Part shown: positions 48,678-61,184 of the stretch, in pieces | Layout of the letters: the number at the start of each line of letters is the position of its first letter | Numbering within the stretch: the first letter of the stretch is position 1 | DNA from: an uncultured bacterium | Lineage (GTDB): Bacteria > Krumholzibacteriota > Krumholzibacteriia > JACNKJ01 | Direction of reading: 5' to 3' | DNA length: 64,000 nt | Assembly (NCBI GenBank): GCA_963695095.1 | Contig: CAVOFT010000001.1 | Span: 3,051,849 to 3,115,848 of the forward strand | Notes under the pieces: model-generated | Told to the model about the DNA's origin: nothing | The model's database searches: none | Seen by the model: the letters and a program-made list of their open reading frames with translations, nothing else | Translations under genes and position numbers: made by a program

Positions 48678-49775
48678 ATGATGCGGAGGCTGCTGTTGCT
48701 GGCCTGTGCCCTGTGCTGCCTGCCCGCCGCTCGCTGGAGCGCCGCCGCCACCTGGACCGTGGCCCAGAACGGCAGCGGCGACTTCACCACGATCACCGCC
48801 GCGCTCGCGGCCGCTGCGAACCAGGATTCCATTCTCGTCGGGCCCGGCACCTATAGCGAGCCCTTGCTCGTCGACAAGCAGCTGACCCTCGTCAGCAGCC
48901 AAGGCGCGGCGGCCACCGTCCTGGATGCCAACTACGCCTTCGAGCTCCTGCGCTACGTGAGCGGAGGCGGCGGCCAGTTCTCGGGCTTCTCGCTCAGGCG
49001 GGCGGACGTCGGTCCCGCTGGAGAGGGCGGCGCCATCCGTGTGAACTACTGCAACAGTCTGCTGATCAGCGACTGCGTGTTCGAGGACAACTGGGCCGAC
49101 TACCAGGGCGGCGGCCTCGCCATCGGCCATGCCAGCATCGTCGAGGTCGTCGATTGCAGCTTCATCGAGAACTACGCCCCCACCCATAGCGGCGCTGCCG
49201 TGGCCATCCAGAGCAGCCATCTCAGCTTCGAGCGCTGCTCGTTCATCGAGAACCGCACGGGGGTCTTTTCGGGCGCCATCGCCGCCCATAGCAGCGTCCT
49301 GGATGTCCAGGACTGCCTCTTCCTGCGCAATCGCAGCTACGACGTCGCCGGCGCCATCTACCTCTACTTGTCGGGGGGTCTGATCCGGAACAACACTTTC
49401 CACGACAACCGCTCGCCCGGACGGGCAACGGTGGTGATCCACCAGAGCGACGCCGCCATCGTCGAGCGCAACATCTTCTCTGCCGATCAGGCCGGCTACG
49501 GGCTGCAGTTCTACCAGGGCGGCGGCGGCCACGCCTGCAACCTCTACTGGGACAACGCGGCGGGCGCGCTCTCCGGTGCCGCCCTCGCCGCCGATGAGTT
49601 GATCGCCGATCCTCTCTTCTGCAACGCCGCCGCGGAGCACTTCGAGCTCTATGACATGTCGCCGGCCGCCGCCGACCACAGTGCCTGCGGGCAGCTCATC
49701 GGCGCTTTCCCGGTGGCCTGCTCGACGACAGGGGTCGAGCGCTCCTCCTTCAGCGCGATCAAGGCGCTCTACTAG
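48678..49775 (+). CDS. Secreted right-handed parallel beta-helix repeat protein
   Basis: Signal peptide MMRRLLLLACALCCLPAARWSAAA. PbH1-type repeats include GGAIRVNYCNSLLISDCVFEDN, GGLAIGHASIVEVVDCSFIEN and AAVAIQSSHLSFERCSFIEN. Confidence 0.7.
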   Translation: MMRRLLLLACALCCLPAARWSAAATWTVAQNGSGDFTTITAALAAAANQDSILVGPGTYSEPLLVDKQLTLVSSQGAAATVLDANYAFELLRYVSGGGGQFSGFSLRRADVGPAGEGGAIRVNYCNSLLISDCVFEDNWADYQGGGLAIGHASIVEVVDCSFIENYAPTHSGAAVAIQSSHLSFERCSFIENRTGVFSGAIAAHSSVLDVQDCLFLRNRSYDVAGAIYLYLSGGLIRNNTFHDNRSPGRATVVIHQSDAAIVERNIFSADQAGYGLQFYQGGGGHACNLYWDNAAGALSGAALAADELIADPLFCNAAAEHFELYDMSPAAADHSACGQLIGAFPVACSTTGVERSSFSAIKALY

Positions 49776-49796
49776 CGCCCAGGGGATCCTGGCCGA

Positions 49797-49814
49797 CCCG
49801 CCCCCGGGGGCGGG
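49797..49814. terminator. GC-palindrome hairpin downstream of the beta-helix gene
   Basis: CCCGCCCCCGGGGGCGGG is a perfect 18-bp palindrome ~22 nt after the stop. There is no U-tract. The same core recurs at 32001..32014 and a similar one at ~43694..43710. Confidence 0.35.
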
Positions 49815-49926
49815 CCGCCCCAGCAGGATATCCGCTAAATCACAGTTTGCCACTTATCATTCAAGCATCGAAAAGCTGCTTTGGCCGCTGGCGCGCCTGC
49901 AAAGCCCTCAGTAAATTGGACCCTGA

Positions 49927-53561
<3,635 letters not shown>

Positions 53562-53576
53562 CCGGGAGGAACCGCG

Positions 53577-54579
53577 ATGGAGATGAAGACCCGCTACCTG
53601 GGCCTGGAGCTGAGAAACCCGCTCATGCTCTTCAGCCTCGCCCGTCAACCTGGACCTCGACGCGGCCCGCCGCTGCGAAGATGCCGGCGCCGCGGCCCTC
53701 GTGATGCCCTCGCTCTTCGAGGAGCAGATCCTCGCCGAGTCGCGCGAGATCGACCACTACCTCACGCACGGCACCGAGAGCTACGCGGAGGCGCTCAGCT
53801 ACTTCCCGGCCCAGGGCGACTACCGCCTGGGCCCGGAGCGCTATCTGGAGACCCTGCGCGCGCTCAAGTCGAGCCTGGAGATCCCTGTCATCGCCAGCCT
53901 CAACGGCGTCTCCGAAGGCGGCTGGACGGCCTACGCCCGCCACATGGAGGAGGCCGGCGCCGACGCCATCGAGCTGAACGTCTACTTCATCCCGACCGAC
54001 CCCCAGCTATCGGGCCGCGAGGTGGAGCAGCTCTACGTCGACGTGCTCAGCCGGGTGAAGGCCAGCGTCAAGATGCCGGTGGCCCTCAAGCTCAGCCCCT
54101 TCTTCAGCAACATGGCCGAGATGGCCGCCCGCTTCGACGCGGCCGGCGCCGACGGCCTGGTGCTCTTCAACCGCTTCTACCAGCCCGATCTCGACCTCGA
54201 TGAGCTGGTGGTGCGCCCGAACATCCTGCTCAGCACGCCGCAGGCAATGCGCCTGCCCCTGCGCTGGATCGCCATCCTGCACGGGCACCTGCGCGCCAGC
54301 CTGGCCGCCACGAGCGGCATCCATACCGCGACAGACTGCCTGAAGATGCTCATGGCCGGCGCCGACGCCGTGATGCTGGCCTCGGCGATCTACCAGCGCG
54401 GGCCGGAGGTTTTCGCCGAACTGCTCGGCGGCATGCAGACCTGGATGGAGGAGCGCGAGTACGATTCCGTGGAGCAGCTCAAGGGCAGCATGAGCCAGAA
54501 GTCGGTGGCGGAGCCGGCGGCTTACGAGCGCGCCCTCTACGTGCGCGCCCTGCAGCGCTTCGCCGGTCACGCTGGCTAG
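53577..54579 (+). CDS. Dihydroorotate dehydrogenase-like (class 1 PyrD / DHPD-like TIM-barrel flavoprotein), with one frame switch near 53640
   Basis: MEMKTRYLGLELRNPLM... is followed by ORF 53701..54579 with IPVIASLNG, AGADAIELNVY and GADGLVLFNRF. It is adjacent to the PFOR gene. Confidence 0.65.
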
Positions 54580-54623
54580 CGCCTGCTGCGGGCGCCCCGC
54601 CGTCTTTTCGCGAAGGGAGTCCC

Positions 54624-56711
54624 ATGCTCGAGGCCCTGCTCATGCCGCGTTCGGTCGCCATCGTCGGCGCCTCCGCTGCGCCCGGCAAGGTCGGCCAGGC
54701 CGTCCTTGCCAACATGATTGCCGCCGGCTTCCCGGGCCGCATCGTGCCCGTGAATCCGAAGGCCGACACCCTGCTCGGCCTGCCCTGCCTGCGCAGCCTC
54801 GCCGACCTGGACGAGAAGCCGGACCTGGTGGTCATTGCCGTGCCGACCCCGGCCGTGAAGGGCGCGGTGACCGACGCCATCGCCGCCGGGGTCGGAGCGA
54901 TCATCGTCATCACCGCCGGCTTCAAGGAGACGGGTCCGGAAGGCGCCGCCCTCGAGGCGGAGATCACCGCGCTTTGCCGCCGTGCCGGCGTGCGCCTGAT
55001 GGGCCCGAATTGCCTGGGGCTCATCAACACGCAGGCTAAGCTGAATGCCTCCTTCGCCAAGCAGACGCCCAGCGTGGGATCGATCAGCGTGCTGTCCCAG
55101 TCCGGCGCTCTCTGCACAGCCATCCTGGACTGGGCAGCCGGCCGCCATCTCGGCCTCGCCAAGCTGATCAGCATCGGCAACAAGGCGGATCTGGACGAGA
55201 CGGACTTCCTCGAAGCCCTGGCCGAGGACGAGGCCACGCGGGTCATCGTCGGCTATCTCGAAAACATCACGGCCGGGGACACCTTCATCAAGCGCGCCGA
55301 GGCCGTGGCTGCCCGCAAGCCCGTGGTCATTCTCAAGGTGGGTACCACCGCCGCGGGTAGCAAGGCGGCCTCCTCGCATACGGGCAGCTTGGCCGGCGCG
55401 GACATCGCCTACGGCGCTGCCTTCAAGCGCGCGGGCGTCATTCGCGCCGAGGGCTTCGAGGACATGTTCGACGCCGCCACGGCGCTGGCCATGCAGCCCC
55501 TGCCCCGCGGCAACCGGGTGGCGATCATCACGAATGCGGGCGGGCCAGGCATCATGGCCGCCGACGCCGTCGAATCCTCGGGCCTCGTCGTGGCCAGCCT
55601 GGGCGAGGAGCTGCGCTCCGAGCTGGCCCGCCAGCTACCCGCAGCCGCCAGCGTGGGCAACCCCATCGACGTGCTCGGCGACGCCGGTCCCGACCGCTAC
55701 GCGATGGCCGTGGCCGCTGCCCAATCGGCGCCAGCGATCGATGCGATCATCGTCATTCTCACCCCGCAAGCCATGACCGACCCCGCCGCCATCGCCCGCG
55801 CGATCGCGCAGCACGCGCATGGCGCCAAGCCCCTGCTCGCCGTCTTCATGGGCGGCCAGGAGGTGATGCCCGGCCGCGACGAGCTGGTGGCGGCCGGCCT
55901 GCCCGACTACAGCGCCCCCGAGCGAGCCGTGCGCGCCCTCAAGGCGATGGTGGAGTACGCCGCCTGGCGCGAGCGGCCGCCGCGCATCGTCACCCGCTTC
56001 CCCGTCAACCGGCGGCGCGTCGAGCGCATCCTCAGCCGCCACCTGCGTACGGGGCGCAAGCAGATGGGTGAGGTCGCCGCCAAGGAAATCCTGCGCGCCT
56101 ACGACTTCAACGTGCCGGCCGGCCGCCTGGCCACCACCGCGGATGAGGCGGTGGAGATCGCCGAGCGCGTGGGCTATCCGGTGGCGATGAAGATCGCCTC
56201 CCAGCAGGTGGTGCATAAATCCGACCTGGGCGGCGTCCAGCTCAGCCTGGCCACGCCGAACCAGGTGCGCGACGCCTTCGAGCTGATGATGATGCGCATC
56301 CCCAAGCGCGTGCCCCACGCCCGCCTGGACGGCGCCTACGTCGAGAAGATGTGCGCACGCGGCACGGAGGTCATCATCGGCATGACCCGCGATCCCCAGT
56401 TCGGCCCGATGATGATGTTCGGCCTCGGCGGCATCTTCGTCGAGGTGATGAAGGACGTCACCTTCTACCTGGCGCCGATCACCGCCGACGAGGCGATGCA
56501 GATGCTGATGGGCACCCGCTCCTACGCCCTGCTCAAGGGTGCCCGCGGCAAGGAGGCCGTCGACTTGGCAGCGATCGCCAGCGGCCTGCAGCGCATCAGC
56601 CAGCTCGCCACGGATTTTCCGCAAATCGCCGAGCTGGACATCAATCCCTACATCGTGGGCGAGCTGGGCAGCGAGCCCGTGGTGGCCGACGCCCGCATCA
56701 CCCTGGCTTGA
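54624..56711 (+). CDS. Acetyl-CoA synthetase (ADP-forming), fused alpha/beta subunits (ACD)
   Basis: An intact 695-aa ORF with a CoA-binding N-terminus (SVAIVGAS..GKVG), succinyl-CoA-synthetase-like flavodoxin and ligase domains, and an ATP-grasp C-terminus. Confidence 0.85.
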   Translation: MLEALLMPRSVAIVGASAAPGKVGQAVLANMIAAGFPGRIVPVNPKADTLLGLPCLRSLADLDEKPDLVVIAVPTPAVKGAVTDAIAAGVGAIIVITAGFKETGPEGAALEAEITALCRRAGVRLMGPNCLGLINTQAKLNASFAKQTPSVGSISVLSQSGALCTAILDWAAGRHLGLAKLISIGNKADLDETDFLEALAEDEATRVIVGYLENITAGDTFIKRAEAVAARKPVVILKVGTTAAGSKAASSHTGSLAGADIAYGAAFKRAGVIRAEGFEDMFDAATALAMQPLPRGNRVAIITNAGGPGIMAADAVESSGLVVASLGEELRSELARQLPAAASVGNPIDVLGDAGPDRYAMAVAAAQSAPAIDAIIVILTPQAMTDPAAIARAIAQHAHGAKPLLAVFMGGQEVMPGRDELVAAGLPDYSAPERAVRALKAMVEYAAWRERPPRIVTRFPVNRRRVERILSRHLRTGRKQMGEVAAKEILRAYDFNVPAGRLATTADEAVEIAERVGYPVAMKIASQQVVHKSDLGGVQLSLATPNQVRDAFELMMMRIPKRVPHARLDGAYVEKMCARGTEVIIGMTRDPQFGPMMMFGLGGIFVEVMKDVTFYLAPITADEAMQMLMGTRSYALLKGARGKEAVDLAAIASGLQRISQLATDFPQIAELDINPYIVGELGSEPVVADARITLA

Positions 56712-56725
56712 GGCCGGGAGAGACC

Positions 56726-58612
56726 ATGCGTACGGCGCCAACGACAGGACCACAGATGGACGAGAACTGGCAGCAGACCTATCACGATCAGATCCTCACC
56801 CCCGACACTGCGATCGGCAAGATCAAGCCGGGCCAGCGCGTCTTCATCGGCACGAGCTGCGGCACGCCGCAGGCCCTCGTCAAGGCCCTGGCCGAGCATG
56901 CGCCGGACCTGTCCGACACCGAGATCGTCCACATGCTCAGCATGGGCGATGCCCCCTACGCCCAGCGCGAGCTGGCGGGCACCTTCCGGGTGAACAGCTT
57001 CTTCATCGCCCCCAACGTGCGCGATGCCATCCAGGAGGGCTTCGGCGACTACACGCCGATCTTCCTGTCCGAGATCCCGCGCCTGTTCGCCTCGGGCCAG
57101 CTGCCCCTGGACGTCGCCCTGATCCAGGTCAGTCCGCCGGACGCGCGCGGCTTCGTCTCGCTCGGCATCTCGGTGGACATCGTCAAGAGCGCGGCCGAGA
57201 ATGCCGCCCTCGTCATCGCCCAGGTCAATCCGCAGATGCCGCGCACCCATGGCGATAGCCTGGTGGACATCAACGACATCGATTGGCTGGTGCCGGTGGA
57301 CGAGCCGCTCATCGAGTTCCAGACCGTCGAGCCCGACGACCTCACGCGCAAGATCGGCGAATACGTGGCGGCCCTCGTCGACGACGGCTCGACCGTGGAG
57401 CTGGGCATCGGCCGCATTCCCCACGCGACGCTGGAGTTCATGGCCGGCAAGCGGGAGATCGGCATCCACACCGAGATGCTCACCGACCAGATCATCGACC
57501 TCATCGACAAGGGCGTGATCACCGGCGCCCGCAAGTCGCTGGACCGGGGCAAGGTCGTCGCCAGCTTCTGCATGGGCACGCGACGGCTCTACGATTACAT
57601 CGACGACAACCCGACCTTTGCCTTCCATCCCACGGAGTACGTCAACGATCCCTTCGTGATCAGTCGCCAGCAGAACATGGTGGCCATCAACGTGGCGCTG
57701 GAGATCGACCTTACCGGCCAGGTCTGCGCCGACACCATCGGCGGCCGCTTCTTCTCAGGAATCGGCGGCCAGGTGGACTTCAACCGCGGCGCCGCTCGCT
57801 CCCACGGCGGCAAGGCGATCATCGCCCTGCCCGCCACGGCCAAGGGCGGCAGCATCTCGCGCATCGTCGCCCGGCTCTCGCCTGGCGCCGGCGTGGTGAC
57901 CACCCGCGGCGACGTGCACTACGTCGTCACGGAGCACGGCGTGGCCTACCTGCACGGCAAGAGCGTGCAGAATCGGGCCCTCGCCCTGATCAGCATTGCC
58001 CATCCGGATTATCGCGCGCAGCTCCTCAAGGACGCCGTGGATCTCAAGTACGTGCGGCCGGAGATGCTCGCCGTGGGCGACCGCCTCGTGGTCGGGCCCC
58101 AGGAGCTGCGCAGCAGCTTCGTCCTGGACGACGGCACCCAGATCAACTTCCGGCCCATCCATCCCACGGACGAGCCGCGCATGAAGGAGCTCTTCTACGC
58201 GCTCAGCCGGGAGACCGTCTACTACCGCTTCATGCAGGCGCTGACGCGCATCCCCGAGCGGCAGGTGCTGGATTTCGTCTTCGTGGATCATCGCCGCGAT
58301 GTGGCCATCGTGGGCGCAGTGCCCGAGGCTCATGGCGATGAGCTCGTGGCCATCGGCCGCTACTACCTCGACCCCGTCACCAATCGCGCCGAGGTGGCCT
58401 TCACCGTGCGCGACGGCTGGCAGCGCCGCGGCATCGGCACCTACATGCTGCGCAACCTGATCACGATCGCCCGCCGCAACGGCATCAGCGGCTTCACGGC
58501 TGAAGTGCTGCGCGAGAACCGGCCGATGCGCTCGGTCTTCCACAACAGCGGCTGCAAGGTGAGCACGCGCCTGGAGGGCGGCATCTACCACTACGAGCTG
58601 GAGTTCGTGTAG
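56726..58612 (+). CDS. Acetyl-CoA hydrolase/transferase family protein fused to a C-terminal GNAT acetyltransferase domain
   Basis: The N-terminal ~470 aa are the AcetylCoA_hydro N and C domains (4-hydroxybutyrate CoA-transferase-like). The C-terminal ~160 aa are GNAT (RPIHPTDEPRMKELFYALS...WQRRGIGTYMLRNLITIAR). Intact. Confidence 0.8.
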   Translation: MRTAPTTGPQMDENWQQTYHDQILTPDTAIGKIKPGQRVFIGTSCGTPQALVKALAEHAPDLSDTEIVHMLSMGDAPYAQRELAGTFRVNSFFIAPNVRDAIQEGFGDYTPIFLSEIPRLFASGQLPLDVALIQVSPPDARGFVSLGISVDIVKSAAENAALVIAQVNPQMPRTHGDSLVDINDIDWLVPVDEPLIEFQTVEPDDLTRKIGEYVAALVDDGSTVELGIGRIPHATLEFMAGKREIGIHTEMLTDQIIDLIDKGVITGARKSLDRGKVVASFCMGTRRLYDYIDDNPTFAFHPTEYVNDPFVISRQQNMVAINVALEIDLTGQVCADTIGGRFFSGIGGQVDFNRGAARSHGGKAIIALPATAKGGSISRIVARLSPGAGVVTTRGDVHYVVTEHGVAYLHGKSVQNRALALISIAHPDYRAQLLKDAVDLKYVRPEMLAVGDRLVVGPQELRSSFVLDDGTQINFRPIHPTDEPRMKELFYALSRETVYYRFMQALTRIPERQVLDFVFVDHRRDVAIVGAVPEAHGDELVAIGRYYLDPVTNRAEVAFTVRDGWQRRGIGTYMLRNLITIARRNGISGFTAEVLRENRPMRSVFHNSGCKVSTRLEGGIYHYELEFV

Positions 58613-58626
58613 TCCAGGCGCGCCGC

Positions 58627-61086
58627 CTAGCGGATCAGCGTGAACTTCCCCAGCTTGTCGGGATAGCCGGGCGCCGCCACCGTGAACAGGTAGACGCCAC
58701 TGGCCACCTGCTGGCCGTTGCGGCTGATCAGGTCCCAAGTTCGAGTGCCGGTGGCCGCGTAGTCCCCGCCCGCAATGGCCGCCGCGGCATCGTGGTGCAG
58801 CACCTGCACGAGATCCCCGGCCAGCGTCCAGATGCGGATGGTGCAGGGCGCGGCCGGCAAGTGGCGGAATTCCACCTTCAGTCCGCTCGGGTCCTGCGCG
58901 TTGGGTTCCAGCGCCCAGGGCGCCATCGATTCCCGCGTGGCCGGGTTCGGCACCACGTAGACGGCATCGGCGTCGTAGGCCCAGCTCGGCTGGCTCGCGC
59001 TCTGGGGCACCGCCAGCCGGAAGCCGTTGCTCGGGCTCCCCTCCAGGCCGCGGGCGAGACCGATGACATGCCCGTTTGCGTCCAGGATCGGCAGATGGTC
59101 CTTGGCCGTCACCGCGTAGAAGTAGGGCACGCCCAGATTGACGTCGACGTCGCGCAGGCGGTAGTAGCGCCGCCCCTGCGGCAGCCCGAGCACGTCGCGG
59201 GCGAGGCCGATGGCGGTATCCGCGTCGGCGATGCTGAAGCCCGCCGGCGGCAGCCAGTCGCGCGCGCGCTGCAGCCAGGGCATCTCCAGCAGCACCTCGC
59301 TGTACCAGGTCACGAGCGTGGGATCGACATTGGGCTGGTAACGCAGGAGGTCCAGGCTGCGATCGGGCTTGAGGCCGTTGACCAGGTCCACCTCGTCCAG
59401 GAGCATCCACAGGTCTCCGGGCGGGCCGGTGGCGGCGCTCGTGCCCTGCGGCCGCGTCCAGTCGTCCGCGCGCCAGATGCGGTAGCCCTCGAAGTCGTAG
59501 TCGCCGGTCAGCTCGTCGGGCACCTGCTCGCTGAAGTTGTCCCAGAAGAGCTGATTGCCGCGCTCGCTGGGCCAGACACGCAGCGAGGGCGGCGGCGGCG
59601 CCGAGGCGGTGAGCCAGGGCAGCCGGTACTCGGCGCCGCCCACGCCCGTGCACCATGGGAAGAAATTGTCGCAGCGGCTGTTGGTGAAGCTCTCCCACTG
59701 GCAGTCGGCGTTCACCCACACCCGGCTGCCCTTGGGCACGACCAGCGGATCGGGGCTCATCCCGCAGGGATCCCACCACTCGATCGTGCGCAAGGGATCG
59801 TAGATGAGCGACTCGGCGCAGTCCTTGCCGGTATCGGGATCCTCGTCCACGTCGAGCCAGAGCCCCTCCTCGGCGAAGGCGAGCTGCGTGGCGAGATCGA
59901 GCAGGTCCTCGGCGTCCGCCGCCGCGAGGAAAGCCAGCCGCACGCGGGCGCTGTCGCCGGGCGCGAGCTGGAAAGGCCCCACGGAGATGAGGTAGCGCCA
60001 GTCGCGCTCGCGTTCGTCCGGTGCGTCGAAGTGGCGCCGGCTGAGCAGCTCGTAGCGCTGATCGTCATTGACCGCCTCGCCGCCCTCGTCGAAAGGCGCG
60101 ATGCGTGAGAAGCGGTGCCAGGCGTTCAGCTCCGGAGTGCCGCTGAACCAGGGCGCCCACTCGCCGAGCAGATCAGTGCTGTGCTCAAGGAGCATCAGGC
60201 CGAGCCGGCCCGGCGCGGGGCGGCTGGCGGCCGCGTCGCCGTCGCCGTCCCAGGCCTCGACGAGCTGCACCCTGAAGGCTCGGCTGGCCGGCCGCTGCGT
60301 CACGCAGAGGGTCTCGCGACGCAGGCGGACGCGATCGTCATCGAAGCCGCTGGCGCTGGAGCGATGGCCGACATCGGGATCCACGTAGAGCCCGATGTAG
60401 ACGTCCTCGAGCTGGCCACCGCTCACGTTGCGCACCTGGTACTCGAAGGCGATCGCACCGGCCAGGTCCGCCTGTTCCCACTGATAGCTCTCCTGGGTGA
60501 CCTCGATGCCGAGCGGACTGTGATCGGGCGAGCCGAGCAGGGCCTGCGGGTGATCGTCGCGGTAGCGACAGCGGAACATCTGGTTGCCGATGGCGGCGAA
60601 GTCCTCGTCCACGCGCCCATCGCCGTCGTTGTCCTCGCCGTCGAGAGGATCCTCGTCGACGGCCCCATCGGCATCGTCGTCGGGTTGAGCGCTCTGCAGG
60701 CGATTGCCGCCCGGCGCTCCGGCGAAGCTGGCATGAATGCTGTCCCAGCCGTGGTCGCCGGGAAAGAACTCGGGATCCGGCCAGGCCGTGCTCACGCGCG
60801 GGAGGCCATTGCGCCGCGCGCCTACCCACAGTCCGGCAATATAGAGGAACTCCACGCCGCTGCCGGCCGGCCACTGGGCCGAGGGCGCCCAGGAGATGTC
60901 CAGGTTCTCGCCGGGGAAGGAGCCGAGGAGGCCGTAGTTGGTCACGTTCATCTGCAGCTCGCCCACGTTGTGGACGAAGCGGCCGTCGATGACCTTCGTG
61001 CCCAGGGCCGGCGGCGCCGATTCGCTCCGCGCCGACCCGCGGCCGGAGCTGCCGATCAGCAGCCCGCAGACCAAGGCCATCTGCAT
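58627..61086 (-). CDS. Large secreted hypothetical protein with an Asp-rich Ca-binding-like region and a T9SS C-terminal sorting domain
   Basis: The probable start is MQMALVCGLLIGSSG (signal peptide). The long upstream extension of the ORF looks like GC-driven run-on. There is an acidic DDDADGAVDEDPLDGEDNDGDGRVDED stretch. The C-terminus reads GVYLFTVAAPGYPDKLGKFTLIR. Confidence 0.6.
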   Translation of the reverse strand: MQMALVCGLLIGSSGRGSARSESAPPALGTKVIDGRFVHNVGELQMNVTNYGLLGSFPGENLDISWAPSAQWPAGSGVEFLYIAGLWVGARRNGLPRVSTAWPDPEFFPGDHGWDSIHASFAGAPGGNRLQSAQPDDDADGAVDEDPLDGEDNDGDGRVDEDFAAIGNQMFRCRYRDDHPQALLGSPDHSPLGIEVTQESYQWEQADLAGAIAFEYQVRNVSGGQLEDVYIGLYVDPDVGHRSSASGFDDDRVRLRRETLCVTQRPASRAFRVQLVEAWDGDGDAAASRPAPGRLGLMLLEHSTDLLGEWAPWFSGTPELNAWHRFSRIAPFDEGGEAVNDDQRYELLSRRHFDAPDERERDWRYLISVGPFQLAPGDSARVRLAFLAAADAEDLLDLATQLAFAEEGLWLDVDEDPDTGKDCAESLIYDPLRTIEWWDPCGMSPDPLVVPKGSRVWVNADCQWESFTNSRCDNFFPWCTGVGGAEYRLPWLTASAPPPPSLRVWPSERGNQLFWDNFSEQVPDELTGDYDFEGYRIWRADDWTRPQGTSAATGPPGDLWMLLDEVDLVNGLKPDRSLDLLRYQPNVDPTLVTWYSEVLLEMPWLQRARDWLPPAGFSIADADTAIGLARDVLGLPQGRRYYRLRDVDVNLGVPYFYAVTAKDHLPILDANGHVIGLARGLEGSPSNGFRLAVPQSASQPSWAYDADAVYVVPNPATRESMAPWALEPNAQDPSGLKVEFRHLPAAPCTIRIWTLAGDLVQVLHHDAAAAIAGGDYAATGTRTWDLISRNGQQVASGVYLFTVAAPGYPDKLGKFTLIR

Positions 61087-61184
61087 GGCAATGCGAAACT
61101 CCGGCCGCACCCCGTCCTCCCCTCGCCGGTGGCGCTTCTGTAGAGATAGCATGGATTTAGCGCGAGTGCGAGCCCGGAGCGACG

